This document shows, piece after piece, positions 1 to 13,756 of a stretch of DNA of 64,000 bases. Source of the stretch: Octopus vulgaris (Eukaryota); the NCBI GenBank assembly GCA_951406725.2, contig OX597833.1, positions 7,502,001 to 7,566,000 of the forward strand. Direction: 5' to 3'. Each line of letters begins with the position of its first letter. The first letter of the stretch is position 1. The position numbers were made by a program, and so were the translations under genes. Below the pieces are notes generated by a model. The model made no database searches. It saw nothing but the letters and a program-made list of their open reading frames with translations, and was not told the origin of the DNA.

Positions 1-592
1 AAACAGTCAAACAGACGTCACTACGTCGGTAGGATTGAAGGTAACTTCAAACGAATATTATATAATCATGGTTCATCTTTCGGATATTTGACCGTTGACA
101 TTGCACAACACCAATCACAACATCAGCATCTGGATTTAAGAGACCGGAACCATGACAGCAAAATCAAAGGGAACGTCTTTCAAAGATCGAAATCCTGTGT
201 CAACGGATCAAAGAATGCAGGTTTCCACAACGGAAAGTGTTCAGATTAAAGATTCTTGGCGTTGCCTGAAAATCAGGAAAGAGATGTTCGCGAATGTCCC
301 CACGCCGGAACAATGATATATTCAAATATAACTTATGTTTATTGGAGGCATCTTTGTGGTAAATAAATCGTAGAATTCTTGGAAATCTTGTCGTGACAGA
401 CTTTCTACTTTCACTTTGATTCCGATATTATGTAGTAGCAGATGGAAAGATGTGTTTCGCGTCACGGAATTCCATTTTGCAGCAAGTTTTTCAAGAAGGC
501 AACATAATGGATACTCATGTTATTAATTAAAATATAAAGCATGTAAAAAAAAACAGCATATATTCAGTATCAAAATATATAAAGTAAGTGCT

Positions 593-1090
593 CAACGTAC
601 GGGATTCAAGCCTCTTCTCCTTATCTCCTCAAAGACATACAGCATCCCGAAAGAGTCCAGAAGCTGGCTACCCGCATGGTTCATGGTCTCAAAAATTTGT
701 CCTATGAAGAAAGGCTGAGGACGCTCGACCTTTATTCTCTTGAAAAACGCCGCCGCCGTGGTGATCTCATTCTCACCCACAACATCATAAGCGGAAAGTG
801 TAACCTCTCGAAAGAGCTGTTCTTCACTCCTGCTCCAGAACGTCGGCTGCGGGGTCATTCCGAAAAGCTCTACCTGCGACGATTTCATCTCAATCGAAGG
901 AGAGGAGTTTTCTCCGTCCGGGTTGCGGATCCGTGGAACAAGCTGCCAGACGAGATGGTGAAGATGCCGACGACCGCTTTGTTCAAAGCCTCCCTTGACC
1001 TCAAGTGGCCAGAACTCTTTACATGAACACCACCCTGTACTTAACTCCATGTCCCCCTACATGGCCTTGCTATTTGCTTTTGAGCCAAAT

Positions 1091-1122
<32 letters not shown>
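593..1122 (+). mobile_element. 5'-truncated CR1-type non-LTR retrotransposon: ORF2 C-terminus, 3' UTR and (TAAC)n tail
   Basis: Translation YGIQASSPYLLKDIQHPERVQKLATRMVHGLKNLSYEERLRTLDLYSLEKRRRRGDLI...RGHSEKL...FSVRVADPWNKLP matches the post-RT C-terminal region of CR1-clade ORF2; stop at 1026; (TAAC)n at ~1091-1122; second copy at 28851-29241. Confidence 0.85.
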
Positions 1123-1740
1123 ATGATGAAAATTCTTCCCAAAAGTTTGTCATAAGAAACAATCAAAATATCAAGAAGTAAATATCAATAAATGTAATGA
1201 AAAGAGTTTCAAAACAAACGGGGCTACAGTTTTCATGTAACTGGATAGAAAACATCTAGATAGAAGAATAAAATGAAAATATTTCCTGTCAATAAAAGGA
1301 TCCACAAAACTTGTGAACCAATTTCAAAATTATCAGAAATCAGAATGGAATCGACTTCAAATTAGCCTCAAAAGGTAATTTCAACTAATGATATAAGATT
1401 TTAGAATACCCCCATAAAACTATTTATCTATATATTGCATATCTATTATGTAAATTGCAAGCTAGACCAGTGACTCGCCACAAAAGGCTGTCCACGTTGA
1501 ACTGTAGCATGGGAAACGTTGCCGAGGAGACCAGGAAAAACGCTACAGAGACACACTTAGACACGCTTTAGAGCGTGTAATTTAAAATTCAAACAAAATT
1601 GCAGAGTTGTTAAGGGATTAAGAAATAACGTGTTAAGTCTCTTAACGCTAATTCTAGAAAAGCAGCGCATTTCGTGCACTCAGTGTGCAAAGATTTCCAT
1701 ATAAGAGTAGAAGAGGAAGGATTAAGGAATATCCTTATTG

Positions 1741-1865
1741 TACTTATTCTTTGTAAGCCTAGTACTTATTTTATCGTTCTCTTTTGCCGAATCGCTAAGT
1801 TTCGGGGATGCGAACACACCAACATCGGCTGTCAAGTGATGATGGACACGCACACGCATATATGT
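1741..1865 (-). mobile_element. SINE family A, internal fragment
   Basis: acttattctttgtaagcctagtacttatt...cttttgccga...acacaccaacatcggctgtcaag aligns with the full copies at 8244 and 41670. Confidence 0.7.
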
Positions 1866-1879
1866 GTGTATATGGGAGT

Positions 1880-2116
1880 CTGGTATAAAGAGAGAGAGAT
1901 TTCAAGAAAACGAGACTAGGCTGTTAGGAAGTGTAATATATGTGACCGCGTGTGTACTGTTGGCGATCTTTTTCCCTCTGTCTTCCCTTCTCTGGATCTT
2001 TCCTTCTCCTATGTTTCTGACGAAGAGCTTCTTTCCTGAGCGTCCAATAATACTATATTTGTTCCACGTCCTCGCGTTGTTGTGTTTTCTTGTACTTTCT
2101 TGTTTGGATTAACTTT
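1880..2116 (+). mobile_element. Penelope-like terminal (pseudo-LTR) fragment retaining only the 5' half of a hammerhead core
   Basis: gttt-CTGACGA-agagct at ~2024-2039, with no GAAA half following; distal part ttgttccacgtcctcgcgttg...cttgtttggattaact recurs at 49177-49234; abuts (TA)n. Confidence 0.5.
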
Positions 2117-2265
2117 ATATATATATATATATATGCACATGTATATATATGTATGTGTATATACACGTGTATATATGTATGTGTGTATATAGATATATAC
2201 ACATGTATATATGTATATATATACACATGTATATATATGTATGTATATATACACATGTATATATG

Positions 2266-2313
<48 letters not shown>

Positions 2314-2387
2314 TACATACATACATTCATACGTACATATATATATACATGTGTATATATGTGTGTGTATATATATATACACATGTA

Positions 2388-2470
<83 letters not shown>

Positions 2471-3296
2471 ATGTATGTATGTATGTATGTATGTATGTAT
2501 GTACGTACGTAGACAAGATCTCAGTCATTAAACGAGTGTTTCATGAACGTAATGTGTCGAATAGACCACCGGACAGTGGCGCTGCTAGTCAGCGGGGATG
2601 TATAAGAGGGAGCAGGGTAGGTGTACTCTGGGTAATGACGGCGGTTTTAGTAAGGGCCATGTGTATGTATTGAAGCGAGGGACCACCCAGATCATTGCTG
2701 TATTGAAAATGAGGACGTAACGAGGGGTCTGCGGAGATTTGTATATAACTGTGTGGTAATGGATAATGTTTATAATGGTAGCGCTGGTGGTGGTGGTGGT
2801 GGTGGTGGCGGTGGTGGTTGTGGTGGTGGTGGTGGTGGTGGTGTTGTTGTTGTTGGTGTTGGTGGTGGTCTGGTGCTGGTAGTGGTGGTGGTGGTGGTGG
2901 TGGTGGTCTGGTGCTGTTAGTGGTGGTGGTGGTGGTGGTCTGGTGTTGGTAGTGGTGGTAGTGGTGGTAGTGGTGGTCGTCGCCGTGGTGATAGTAATAA
3001 TGGCACTGGCGGTATTGTTGATAGTTTTGTAGTGATCATTTTGATGATGGGGATGCTGATGGCGATGGTGGGTTGGCACCATTATTGCCGATTTTGGTGG
3101 TGATGAACATCGTATCGTTGACAGTGGTGACATCGTAGTATTTGCTGCAAAGTGGGTGGCACGGGTGGAGTGAAAGCGGTGGTAGCTATGGGGATAATTA
3201 CTGGTAGGAGTCATTGTGATGTGATTAATTCACATGCGTATGAAGACAAAAAATCTGAGACTGTTTAGGTACAAAGGACAACAAGGGACATTACAA

Positions 3297-3330
3297 GACA
3301 TAGGTTTCAGTCCAACAGACCTCGTCAGTA
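3297..3330 (-). ncRNA. Minimal hammerhead ribozyme motif, canonical core, GUC site
   Basis: Reverse strand reads CTGACGA ggtc-tgttg-gact GAAA c-ctat-g TC. Stem II pairs; stem I pairs poorly. Confidence 0.55.
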
Positions 3331-3680
3331 CTGGACAATTCATCCTAGATTGACGACCATTTCTCTTGGACTTTAATATAGAGAAAAACAGTTACAAATA
3401 ATTTTCCTCCTGAGATAATTTGTATAATTAAAAATAAAACGAATTAAAGGAAATATCTCGAATTGGTTATTGACACGAATTTATCTATTAGAAAATTACT
3501 GTTTTTAAATCTCACAACGAGAGATATTCAGCAACAGTACTTTGGAGTAAAGATTGTTTGCCAACATAACATGGCAGTCCTGGTTTAGGAGGTTGCTGTA
3601 ATTTAGCTCCGGGAGACATCGTCTCCAGCTGGCTGTACGACACGATCTGTGTCCTTATATTTTAAAAATATTTTCCCCCT

Positions 3681-3831
3681 TTCTTCTTCTTCTTCTTCTT
3701 CTTCTTCTTCTTCTTCTTCTTCTTCTTCTTCTTCTTCTTCTTCTTCTTCTTCTTCTTCTTCTTCTTCTTCTTCTTCTTCTTCTTCTTCTTCTTCTTCTTC
3801 TTCTTCTTCTTCTTCTTCTTCTTCTTCTTCT
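3681..3831. repeat. (TTC)n microsatellite
   Basis: Pure TTC run of about 150 bp. Confidence 0.98.
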
Positions 3832-3894
3832 GCTAATGATGCTATTTGTTTCATTTCCACCTATCACATGTTTCCTTGACAATACCTTTTCATT

Positions 3895-3926
3895 CTGAAG
3901 AAGAACTGATGTCCGAAACGTTAAAC
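3895..3926 (+). ncRNA. Minimal hammerhead ribozyme motif, canonical core, PLE type
   Basis: CTGAAGA a gaac-tgat-gtcc GAAA cgtt aaac; palindromic AACGTT; one stem II mismatch; stem I degraded. Confidence 0.55.
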
Positions 3927-4302
3927 CACCCACTCCTTCAAACATTAAGTTAATTCACTTTCATCGTATTTTGTTTTTCCGCATATTGTTGTTTCTGCTT
4001 TCTTTTTATGATGATTTCCCCCTAGAACCGCTTCATTTACCCACCTCGAGGCTTCTTCGGCCATACACTTTCTCTCCCGCCATACACTTTGCATTTCTTT
4101 CTAGAAATTCAACTAAGAAGCTTTACCAAATCCTCCATCTATGCAACTTAAAATATCAGAAGCTTCCTTCTTGACACGTGACTTAACTCCACCAAAATTA
4201 TAAATACAATCTGATTCTCCATTAATCACATTAGCTTCACCGAGATTCTTCTATATCACATATCCTAGGAGAGGCAGGATAAAGTGCGGGGACGAACTCT
4301 CT

Positions 4303-4421
<119 letters not shown>

Positions 4422-4757
4422 ACCCTCATCGAATTGCCAAAATTAAAAGCAAAGCAGGGTATATCAAATCTTACGGTGTATAAACATTTAGACACGGAAG
4501 TAAACATAAGATAAAGTGACTTGACTGGAATTGAACCCAGATCGCTAGGTTCACTATAAACTACCAACCATGAGTGATGGGTAGTTTACTGACCAATCAT
4601 AAATTATTTAATCTTTTTCTTGCACCCTATGACCCCTGTCAACCTGACCTTTATATATCTACAGGTGCAAATTTTCCTTCGTTTTTTTTTCTTTTTCGAA
4701 TGAGATAATACGCAAATGTAGGATCCTGTTTAATGAAACGTCCGGATAACGCAGGCG

Positions 4758-4888
<131 letters not shown>

Positions 4889-4988
4889 TTAGATACAAAT
4901 ACATATGGATATATTTAACTATATATGTTTGCATTTATATGCACAAAATGCATGCATATACATATACATACATATATGTATATATACA

Positions 4989-5034
<46 letters not shown>

Positions 5035-5874
5035 TATATATATACACACATTTACATATATATATGTATGTGTGTGTGTGTGCGTGCGTGTGTGTGTGTG
5101 TATGTATGTTTGTGTGTGTGGGTATATGTGTGTGTGAGAGAGAGAGACAGAGAAAGAGAGAGTGTGTGTGTGTAACGTAGTACACTATGAATTAAATAGT
5201 TTTGAAGAACTGATGGACCCCCGACCCACCCAAGAAATTTCTAGGTCTATTTACTCTTATTTATTCCCACAAGCGTTCTCCAAACTTGTTATATTTCCAC
5301 CACCTGTTATAATTGGTCTTAAATGTAGTTTACGACCGAAAAACAAAGAACAGTTCCTAATACTAAGATCGAACCATTTATCTCTTGCTTGCTGAGTGAT
5401 CACGCAACTGATTACACCAAGTGGAGTCTAAATAAGCTTAGCAATCAAATAATCACATAGAAATGTGTTTTTACAGAATAAGGTCAACTATTCCGTCTAC
5501 CTTCGTGTCCCAAGATTTCCGAGAACAATTTAACAGCGATTTAACCATCCAGTCGCAACTGGTTGAAAAGCCAGACCAGGCAGCGTCACTCGTGGTCCAG
5601 TGTCACATTTGGAATTATGTTCGTGATTAAGTTTAGGACAGATTCTTTATAGTAATTGGTTATAATGTAACCTGTAAGGTTTTTTTTTAAACTATAAATT
5701 TTGTGTGTACTGGCATAGACACACATACTTACAAACACAAACGCACGCAAATGTATGTGTATCTGTGTGTGTGTGTGTGTGTGTGAATATATACACGTAT
5801 AACAATATATATGCATACACACACGTATACACACACACACACATACACACACACGCATATGCATACATGCAAAC

Positions 5875-5909
<35 letters not shown>

Positions 5910-5992
5910 AAGAGAGAGAGGCATATACATACGTAACTTATATATGTTTGTCTACACACACACACACACACATATATATAAAGAAACTCGTC

Positions 5993-6030
<38 letters not shown>

Positions 6031-6031
<1 letters not shown>

Positions 6032-6173
6032 AAAGTAATAAAATATATGCAAACTGGGACAAGAACGTGAAACACCTAGAAGACGACACAAGAACCAGAG
6101 GACGGGACATTCGAAGCCCTCAGTCATCAGTCAAGAACCGGATCATCTTCGCAATTTCGGCTGATTAATCTTG
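6031..6173 (-). mobile_element. Probable PLE terminal fragment nested in the internal (TA)n of a SINE-A relic
   Basis: Flanked on the left by aagaaactcgtcg(TA)n (SINE-A motif aagaagcccgtcg) and on the right by (TG)n-tttgtcccccacc, the SINE-A continuation. The PLE identity is inferred. Confidence 0.4.
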
Positions 6174-6259
6174 TATATATGTGTGTGAGTGTGTGTGTGT
6201 GTGTATGTATGTATGTTTATATATGTTTGTGTGTCAGTGTTTGTCCCCACCACCCTCAT

Positions 6260-6622
6260 TTGCTTTGCAACCACATGGTTCTGGGTTCAGTCCCACTGCG
6301 TAGCACCTTGGCCAAGTGTCTCCTACTATATATTCAGGTCGACCAAAGCCTTGTGAGTGGATTTGGTAGACGGAAACTGAAAGAAGCCCGTCGTATATAT
6401 ATATGTATATATTTAAGTTTGTGTATCTTTGGATTTATGTTTCTCTTCCATCACCACCTGATAAACTGGTGTTGGTTTGTTTACGTCCATGTAAACAGCG
6501 GTTCAGCATAAGAGACCGATAGGATAAGTTGCAGGCTTAAGAAAAATAAATACTGGGTTCGATTTGTTCGACTAAGCCTTTCAAGGTGGTGCCCCAGCAT
6601 GGCCTCAATCTCATAACAGAAA
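6260..6622 (+). mobile_element. SINE family A (tRNA-derived, CORE-like), 5' clipped
   Basis: B-box-like gggttcagtcc, caccttggccaagtgt, gacggaaactgaaagaagcccgtcg, 3' ggtgccccagcatggcc. Confidence 0.85.
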
Positions 6623-6642
6623 CATATATATAACAGAATATA

Positions 6643-6695
<53 letters not shown>

Positions 6696-6912
6696 TATAT
6701 ATATAAATTAGAAAAAAAAACACCTTTTATCAATTCAAAATGAAAAATTACAACCATCTAGAAAATTACATATAATAGAAAGATTAAATATAAGATAAAG
6801 AATATAACGATGATTAATTAATGTGCATTAATATTATATTAATATTATATTTTGTGAAATTTGATTTAGTATTTCTAAATTGAATTTTTCCTGTAAGTTA
6901 GGAATAATATTC

Positions 6913-7076
<164 letters not shown>

Positions 7077-7419
7077 GCATACACCGCGCGCGCGCCATAA
7101 ACCTAATATACGTAATAACTATGTATTCGAATACTTCTATCGATAACAGATCCTTTAGCTGTCATTTATGGAGAGCTTTGAAACTTTCTGCGGTTGTGTG
7201 TATGTGTGTGTGCGCGCGCGTGTGATGTGGGTGAATGTATGAGTGTGTGTATGTCTGTATGTCGCCTTATGTGTGTACGTGTATGTACCAGTGTGTCTGT
7301 GTGTGTGTGTGTGTGGTATCTCATGAAGAATTTGGAAACACTTTCGAAAGTCATTTCCTGATAAAGTCAACAATTCCTGAATTCCATTTCGTTTAATGTC
7401 TTCTCTATAAATCTTATCC

Positions 7420-7560
7420 AGTTTAGAATTCTTTAGGTTTGGTTGGGTAGCAATGAGGGGTGGACTGGGGAATCAGGAAAAGTCTGGTGATTGAAGGAAG
7501 CGATAAAGAATGCCAAATATCTCTGGACAATTCCACAGCTCCATAATTTGTCCCAAACTA
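7420..7560 (-). pseudogene. Possible degraded PLE linker between RT and GIY-YIG
   Basis: Reverse strand gives FPSPPLIATQPNLKN, resembling the PLE motif FP.PPLIAYR.P.NL; short and frameshifted. Confidence 0.3.
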
Positions 7561-7975
7561 TTTAAATTACCAAGTATGTCTATAAATGTTACGAGGGACA
7601 AACATCCCGAAACTAGTTCGAGCGTATCACTCAGGCTTGCGAGGAAGGGATGGCCTCCTTTGCAAATACTCCAAAAAGACACAGATATTGTGTTTAGAGC
7701 CAGCTAGAGACGAATATCTCTTGGGGCTATAAAGCTACAGTAACAACCCCCCCCCCACCAATGTGGTTAGCCATGATAAGATGGCTTCTATACTTTACAG
7801 AATTAAAACTATTTTCTCATAATGGTGAATTTGCTGCCAAACATTCATCTCTGTTGTCTTGTAAGAATCAGATCAGAAACTTCAAACAGGAAATCTCTAT
7901 TTGGTCACTGATACTTCATTGTACACACACACACACACACACACACAGACACAGTCACAGACACAGACACAGACA

Positions 7976-8038
<63 letters not shown>

Positions 8039-8243
8039 TCCCGCTACGATGCAATGCGATTCATCGTGAGAATGTTTTCAAAAATATGAAGTAGAGAGAA
8101 AAATAGCTTTTTTTCCAAAACTCAGTCTGAGTCGCAACATCGGCAACTTTGCAATGAACATTATAAAGTTGTTTGGTGGAATATACTTTATATCTTGTAT
8201 CTAGTTTTGCTTTAACGATTCTGTATAAACTTTATCTTTCAGT

Positions 8244-8644
8244 CTTTACTCTTTTACTCTTTTACTTGTTTCAATCATTTGACTGCGGCCATGCTGGAGC
8301 ACCGCCTTTAATCGAGCAACACGACCCCGGGACTTATTCTTTTGTAAGTCTAGTACTTATTCTATCGGTCTCTTTTGCCGAACCGCTAAGTAACGGGGAC
8401 GTAAACACTCCAGCATCGGTTGTCAAGCAATGCTAGGGGGACAAACACAGACACACAAACACACACACGCATATATATACATATATACGACGGGCTTCTT
8501 TCAGTTTCTGTCTACCAAATCCACTCACAAGGCTTTGGTCGGCCCGAGGCTAGAGTAGAAGACACTTGCCCAAGGTGCCACGCAGTGGGACTGAACCCGG
8601 AACCATGTGGTTGGTAAACAAGCTACTTACCACACAGCCACTCC
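8244..8644 (-). mobile_element. SINE family A, full length (resembles octopus OR-type tRNA SINEs)
   Basis: Reverse strand: A-box tggctgtgtgg, B-box gggttcagtcc, CORE-like gcaccttgggcaagt, internal (TA/TG)n, 3' (GTAAAAGA)n tail; near-identical to the copies at 41670 and 53329. Confidence 0.92.
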
Positions 8645-9635
8645 GATCAACAAATAGCTAATATTTTCTAGCATACATAACAATACATAACAATACCAAT
8701 GTTCGAATCACTAATTTCAGTAAAACCTCTACAGAATTCTAAAGCTTTAATAATAAAAAAAAAATAAAGGCAGTTATGTAATAACAAAAATCTACAATTT
8801 TGAAATGCAGACATCTGCGAAGCTGTCTATTCTCTTGAAACACTTGATGACTAATAAAGTGTTATTCCGGAGCGGAAGACATGTGGCTTCTTTGATCTTA
8901 AGAATGATGGAATCTAGAATATTTTACTGATCTTACCAATCTCACATTCTTCCGAATATATTACTAGTTTATCACCTGCTAGTTATAGCTTTTCCTTCTA
9001 AATTAACAGCATGGTTTTTGCTTCAGTTCCTTTTCTCAAATGATCTGATGATAGTATTTCAAACTGTCAAGAATATATTATTATTATTATTATTGTTATT
9101 ATTATTCATAGATTTGATTTTCTCTGTAGAAACACGACGTCATTATCAAAGTATATCTGGAATTTAAAGCATGATAATAGCCTATTCTCACATTAATGTT
9201 TCTATGAGCTATGAGTTTTGTACCTCTCTGAGAAGTGCAACATCATATTACAGGTTTTACAACAGTAAACACACAAAACCGGAATTAAAGATTTCTGCAC
9301 AGAGATTTCTATTAATATTCACTGAAGCAGTTCCAGCTACCATCTGGATGGTTAGTTTATTTTTCACATAATGAGATTGCCAGATAGGTAATCATATAAT
9401 GAGAAAAACGTCCTTTAGCCATCGGGAACAGCAACACTTTATTAACACAAGCAACCTTCGTTGCTTTCGTGTGTTCTAAGCAGGTGATATTGAAGACACA
9501 AAATTTCACGTTTTTATTCGTCACTAGATAAACATATCATTTGCATGGGGAGTCAAACGGCCATGATATTGCTTTTAATATTGCTTCTTAGACCGCCATA
9601 GGTTGAAGTCGACGGGAGAATTCACTATAACTGTT

Positions 9636-9925
9636 GCTTGTTTCAGTCATTAGACTGCTGCTGTACCGCTGTACCACCTTGAAGATCTTTTTTAGTCGAA
9701 TGTATCGACCAAAGTGCTTATTTTTTTAAAAACTTGGTACTTATTCTATCGGGCGCTTTTGCCGAACCGCTAACTCACGGGGGCGTACACACACTAGCGC
9801 CAGTTGTTAAGCGGTGGCGGGGGACAGACATAAACACACACATATATATATACGACGGGTTTCTTTCAGTTTCCGTCTACGAGGCTTTGGTCAGCTCGAG
9901 GCTGTAGTAGAAGACAGTTGCCAAA
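9636..9925 (-). mobile_element. SINE family A, diverged and 5'-truncated
   Basis: Aligns to the 8244 copy from cttgtttcagtcatt to gtagaagacagttgcc. Confidence 0.8.
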
Positions 9926-10204
9926 GAAATTGCGTAAAATGAATATGTTGGTATTTATGTAGTAATAATTTTACCGAGTAGTTCGGTATGTTAAAATAAC
10001 CATTATCGGTAATCTTATACAAAAATGCTATAATTATGCTTATAATTATAGAATTTATACAATTAGAATTTATATATATATATATATATTGATAGATACA
10101 TAGACACACACACAGACACACACGCATATATATATATATATATTTGTAAAAAATGAAGTTCGAAAATGCTGCTATATTATACAATTTTTAATTTTTATAT
10201 ATAC

Positions 10205-10247
10205 ATTATAACATGTTTCAGTTCCTGAAATGAACCTTATCAAAAAA
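10205..10247 (-). ncRNA. Minimal hammerhead motif, U3-A8 variant core
   Basis: Reverse strand: TTGATAA ggttc-atttcag-gaact GAAA catg T T; palindromic ACATGT; 5-bp stem II; stem I imperfect. Confidence 0.5.
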
Positions 10248-10616
10248 AGTTATATATAAATAAAGATAGTTCATGCTATCAAATATAAGAACATCATTTA
10301 TAATACACAATGGAGTCAGACATCATAAAGTTCATATATAGTTTGAAGTGAGTTCGTTTATGCTATATGTTTAAAGTGTATGATGCAGTGGTTCGTGGTG
10401 GTGATATGCATTCAATATAAAAAATAGAAAAAATAGATCAAAGTGGTGGAATGCAGTCAATATAAAAAATTGATGTTCCTGAAAGAGCGAGGAATTCATT
10501 TTACTTTGATGACTTATGGTGGGTGTTCGCTGGATGATTCTGGCGAATCTTGTGAATTGTTCGGGTTTTATAACACCTGTTAGGTGGTCAGTACAGCGTA
10601 GCGTGACGTCATCAAC

Positions 10617-10782
10617 GTTTTGACCAATCGTTTCGTTAGGTGGCTTAGTCAAGCAGAACGGGACGTCATCAACATTCTGACCAATCGTGACCTATCGCTG
10701 TATTATAACTGCCTCTTGTCTGTATCCTGTTTTGACCAATCGTTTCGTTAGGTGGCTTAGTCAAGCAGAACGGGACGTCATC

Positions 10783-10783
<1 letters not shown>
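10617..10783. repeat. Exact 55-bp direct repeat (10617-10671 and 10729-10783) with CCAAT and GACGTCA motifs
   Basis: gttttgaccaatcgtttcgttaggtggcttagtcaagcagaacgggacgtcatca occurs twice. Confidence 0.9.
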
Positions 10784-10858
<75 letters not shown>

Positions 10859-10861
10859 ATA

Positions 10862-11206
10862 TGGTCGAGTAGCCCATCCCGCTCAAAAGGTCCATGAATA
10901 AGGGTTGTTTAAGGATGTTGAAAGAACCACCCATGTTTCCAAATGTGAATTATCGAAACCCCCAAGAATTCCTCTCAACACAAGGCTATGATGCTCCCTC
11001 ACCACTTCTGCTCGTGGTCAGAGATGGACAAATCGTTAGCCACTAAGGGACATGCTCAACTGGTTAAGGTCAAACAACTGACAAGCAAATATGTGGTATT
11101 GAGCAGAATATTTGCTGTAGTCCATCTTTTATACCAAGACAAAACAATGTACATGATAACACTTCCAATCAGTTAAGATCAAAAGCCTGTTATTATTTTT
11201 TTTTTA

Positions 11207-11274
<68 letters not shown>

Positions 11275-11800
11275 GAGTGAAAGAGTAATGCAAGCCATCA
11301 AAGTGACACTGGGGTAAAATATACGAAGCCCAGTAATACCCATCATGACTACCGGTCTGATAAGGGTACCCCAGGCACATGCATCACAACCATCTGTGCG
11401 CGACATGGTGATCTCATATCAAGATAAACAGCGCATGACCGTGTAGGTGGGGCCCACTTAGAATTTTCTTCTGGTCGAGTAACCCATCCTGCTCAAAAGG
11501 TCCCTGAGTAAGGGTTGTTTAAGGATGTTGAACGAAACACCCATGTTTCCAAATGTGAATTATCTAAACCTCTAAGAATTCCTTTCAACACACGGCTATG
11601 ATGCTGCCCCACTACTTCTGCTCGTGATCCGAGATGCACATATCGTCAGCCACTAAGGGACATGCTCAACTGGTTAAGGTCAAACAACTGACAAGCAAAT
11701 CTGTGGTATTGAGCAGAATATTTGCTGTAGCCCATCTTTTATACCAAGACAAAACAATGTACAGGATAACACTTCCAAGCACTTAAGATCAGAAGCCTGT
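10862..11800 (-). mobile_element. Two tandem copies (10862-11190 partial; 11274-11800) of a non-coding repeat embedded in (TAA)n
   Basis: About 330 bp shared, roughly 25 substitutions by eye; (TTA)n between and after the copies; strand inferred from the (TAA)n tail on the reverse strand. Confidence 0.7.
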
Positions 11801-11825
11801 AATTTTATATTTATTTTTTTATCAT

Positions 11826-11990
<165 letters not shown>

Positions 11991-12824
11991 CATCATTATA
12001 CTATATTGAGATCATTTTGTTGGCTATTACAAACGAAGCAAGTTTCTCCACCTTCAACCTCCCTTTTATACTAAATATGTTGACTCATTCGGTTTAACTC
12101 GTTCGTAGCTATATTTCTCATGAAATGCTCTGTCTACGTGTTAAAAATCCCGGTCAAGAATTTAAAAGAAATGTTGTAGAATAAATATGTTGTTATTTAT
12201 GTATTAATCAAGTGTTTGAAACGAAACTTACCAAAAAGTTCTCACAAACGATTATGATGGAAGGTTTTATTCAAATATGAACCGGAATTTTATATCACTT
12301 AAACCCAGACGGATTGATATCAAATATGTTAAGTGTTTTACAAACATCTTTCTCGCCCTCTCTTTCTTCTTTTCTTTATTTTCTTTCTTTCTTTTTCTCT
12401 TTCTTTCTTCGGACTTTACTTTTCAATCTTTCTTGGATCTAGTGACGCATGGTCTTCCTTTCGAATGATATCCATTTTCTGGTCATTTTAAAGTCCTACG
12501 TGAGCAGTAATGTCTACAGACAATATTGATGGTATCATAAAAACTTTAAATGCATCCTTTTAGTAACACACATGGACGAATCGGGATACGTTGTGTTGTT
12601 GAGCAAAAAGTTTCATCACCCCTTGCTCTGCGATCACTTCGACACCTGCCGCATAGCACACCTGGGCACCTGTTCAGACAACATCGATTTGATGGAGGGA
12701 GAGAGAGAGAGAGTGAGCACGAACATTTGATCTCTGTAAACAAATCATTTGTGCAGGTCGCTGGGAAAAAGCTGAACGGTCATACATCGTCATCGAGTCC
12801 CTCGTTTATGTATGTGTGTGTGTA

Positions 12825-12865
<41 letters not shown>

Positions 12866-13007
12866 TCTCTCTCACACACTTTCTTTCACTCCTGCATATA
12901 TATGTATATATGTGTGTGTGTGTGTAAATATATATATATATATATTTACACACACACACACACATATATACATATATATGCAGGAGTGAAAGAAAGTGTG
13001 AGAGAGA
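12866..13007. repeat. Near-perfect palindrome centred on (TA)n
   Basis: cacactttctttcactcctgcatata... mirrors ...tatatgcaggagtgaaagaaagtgtg; arms differ only by microsatellite unit number. Confidence 0.9.
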
Positions 13008-13103
13008 CAGAGACAGACAAAAAGAACATGAAAGAAATAAAAAGGTGAAATACTGATTGATGGATGGATCCACATGAAAATATAAATATATATTTGTCTG
13101 TGG

Positions 13104-13143
<40 letters not shown>

Positions 13144-13262
13144 ACGTATATATATTTGTAAAAATATATTCACAAATATATATATATATAGTAGGTGTAT
13201 GTCATTCGATTTATCAACTATATATATATATCTATGTATGTATGTATGTATGTATGTATGTA

Positions 13263-13605
<343 letters not shown>

Positions 13606-13636
13606 TGTATGTATGTATGTATGTATGCATGTTTGT

Positions 13637-13688
<52 letters not shown>

Positions 13689-13756
13689 ATGTGTATCTGT
13701 CTATTACGCATACATAGATACCTAATGCACTCATCCGTGCATGCATACGTACAATA

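Noticed and set aside
592-1050. 152-aa minus-strand ORF (and 28898-29176)
   Set aside because: Antisense shadow of the CR1 ORF2 fragment.
1091-1122. Telomere-like (CTAA)n
   Set aside because: It is the LINE 3' tail; the unit is not TTAGGG or TTAGG.
8570-8644. tRNA gene at SINE heads (also 25826 and 32775)
   Set aside because: A/B boxes are present but there is no cloverleaf or T-run terminator, and the sequence continues into the SINE body.
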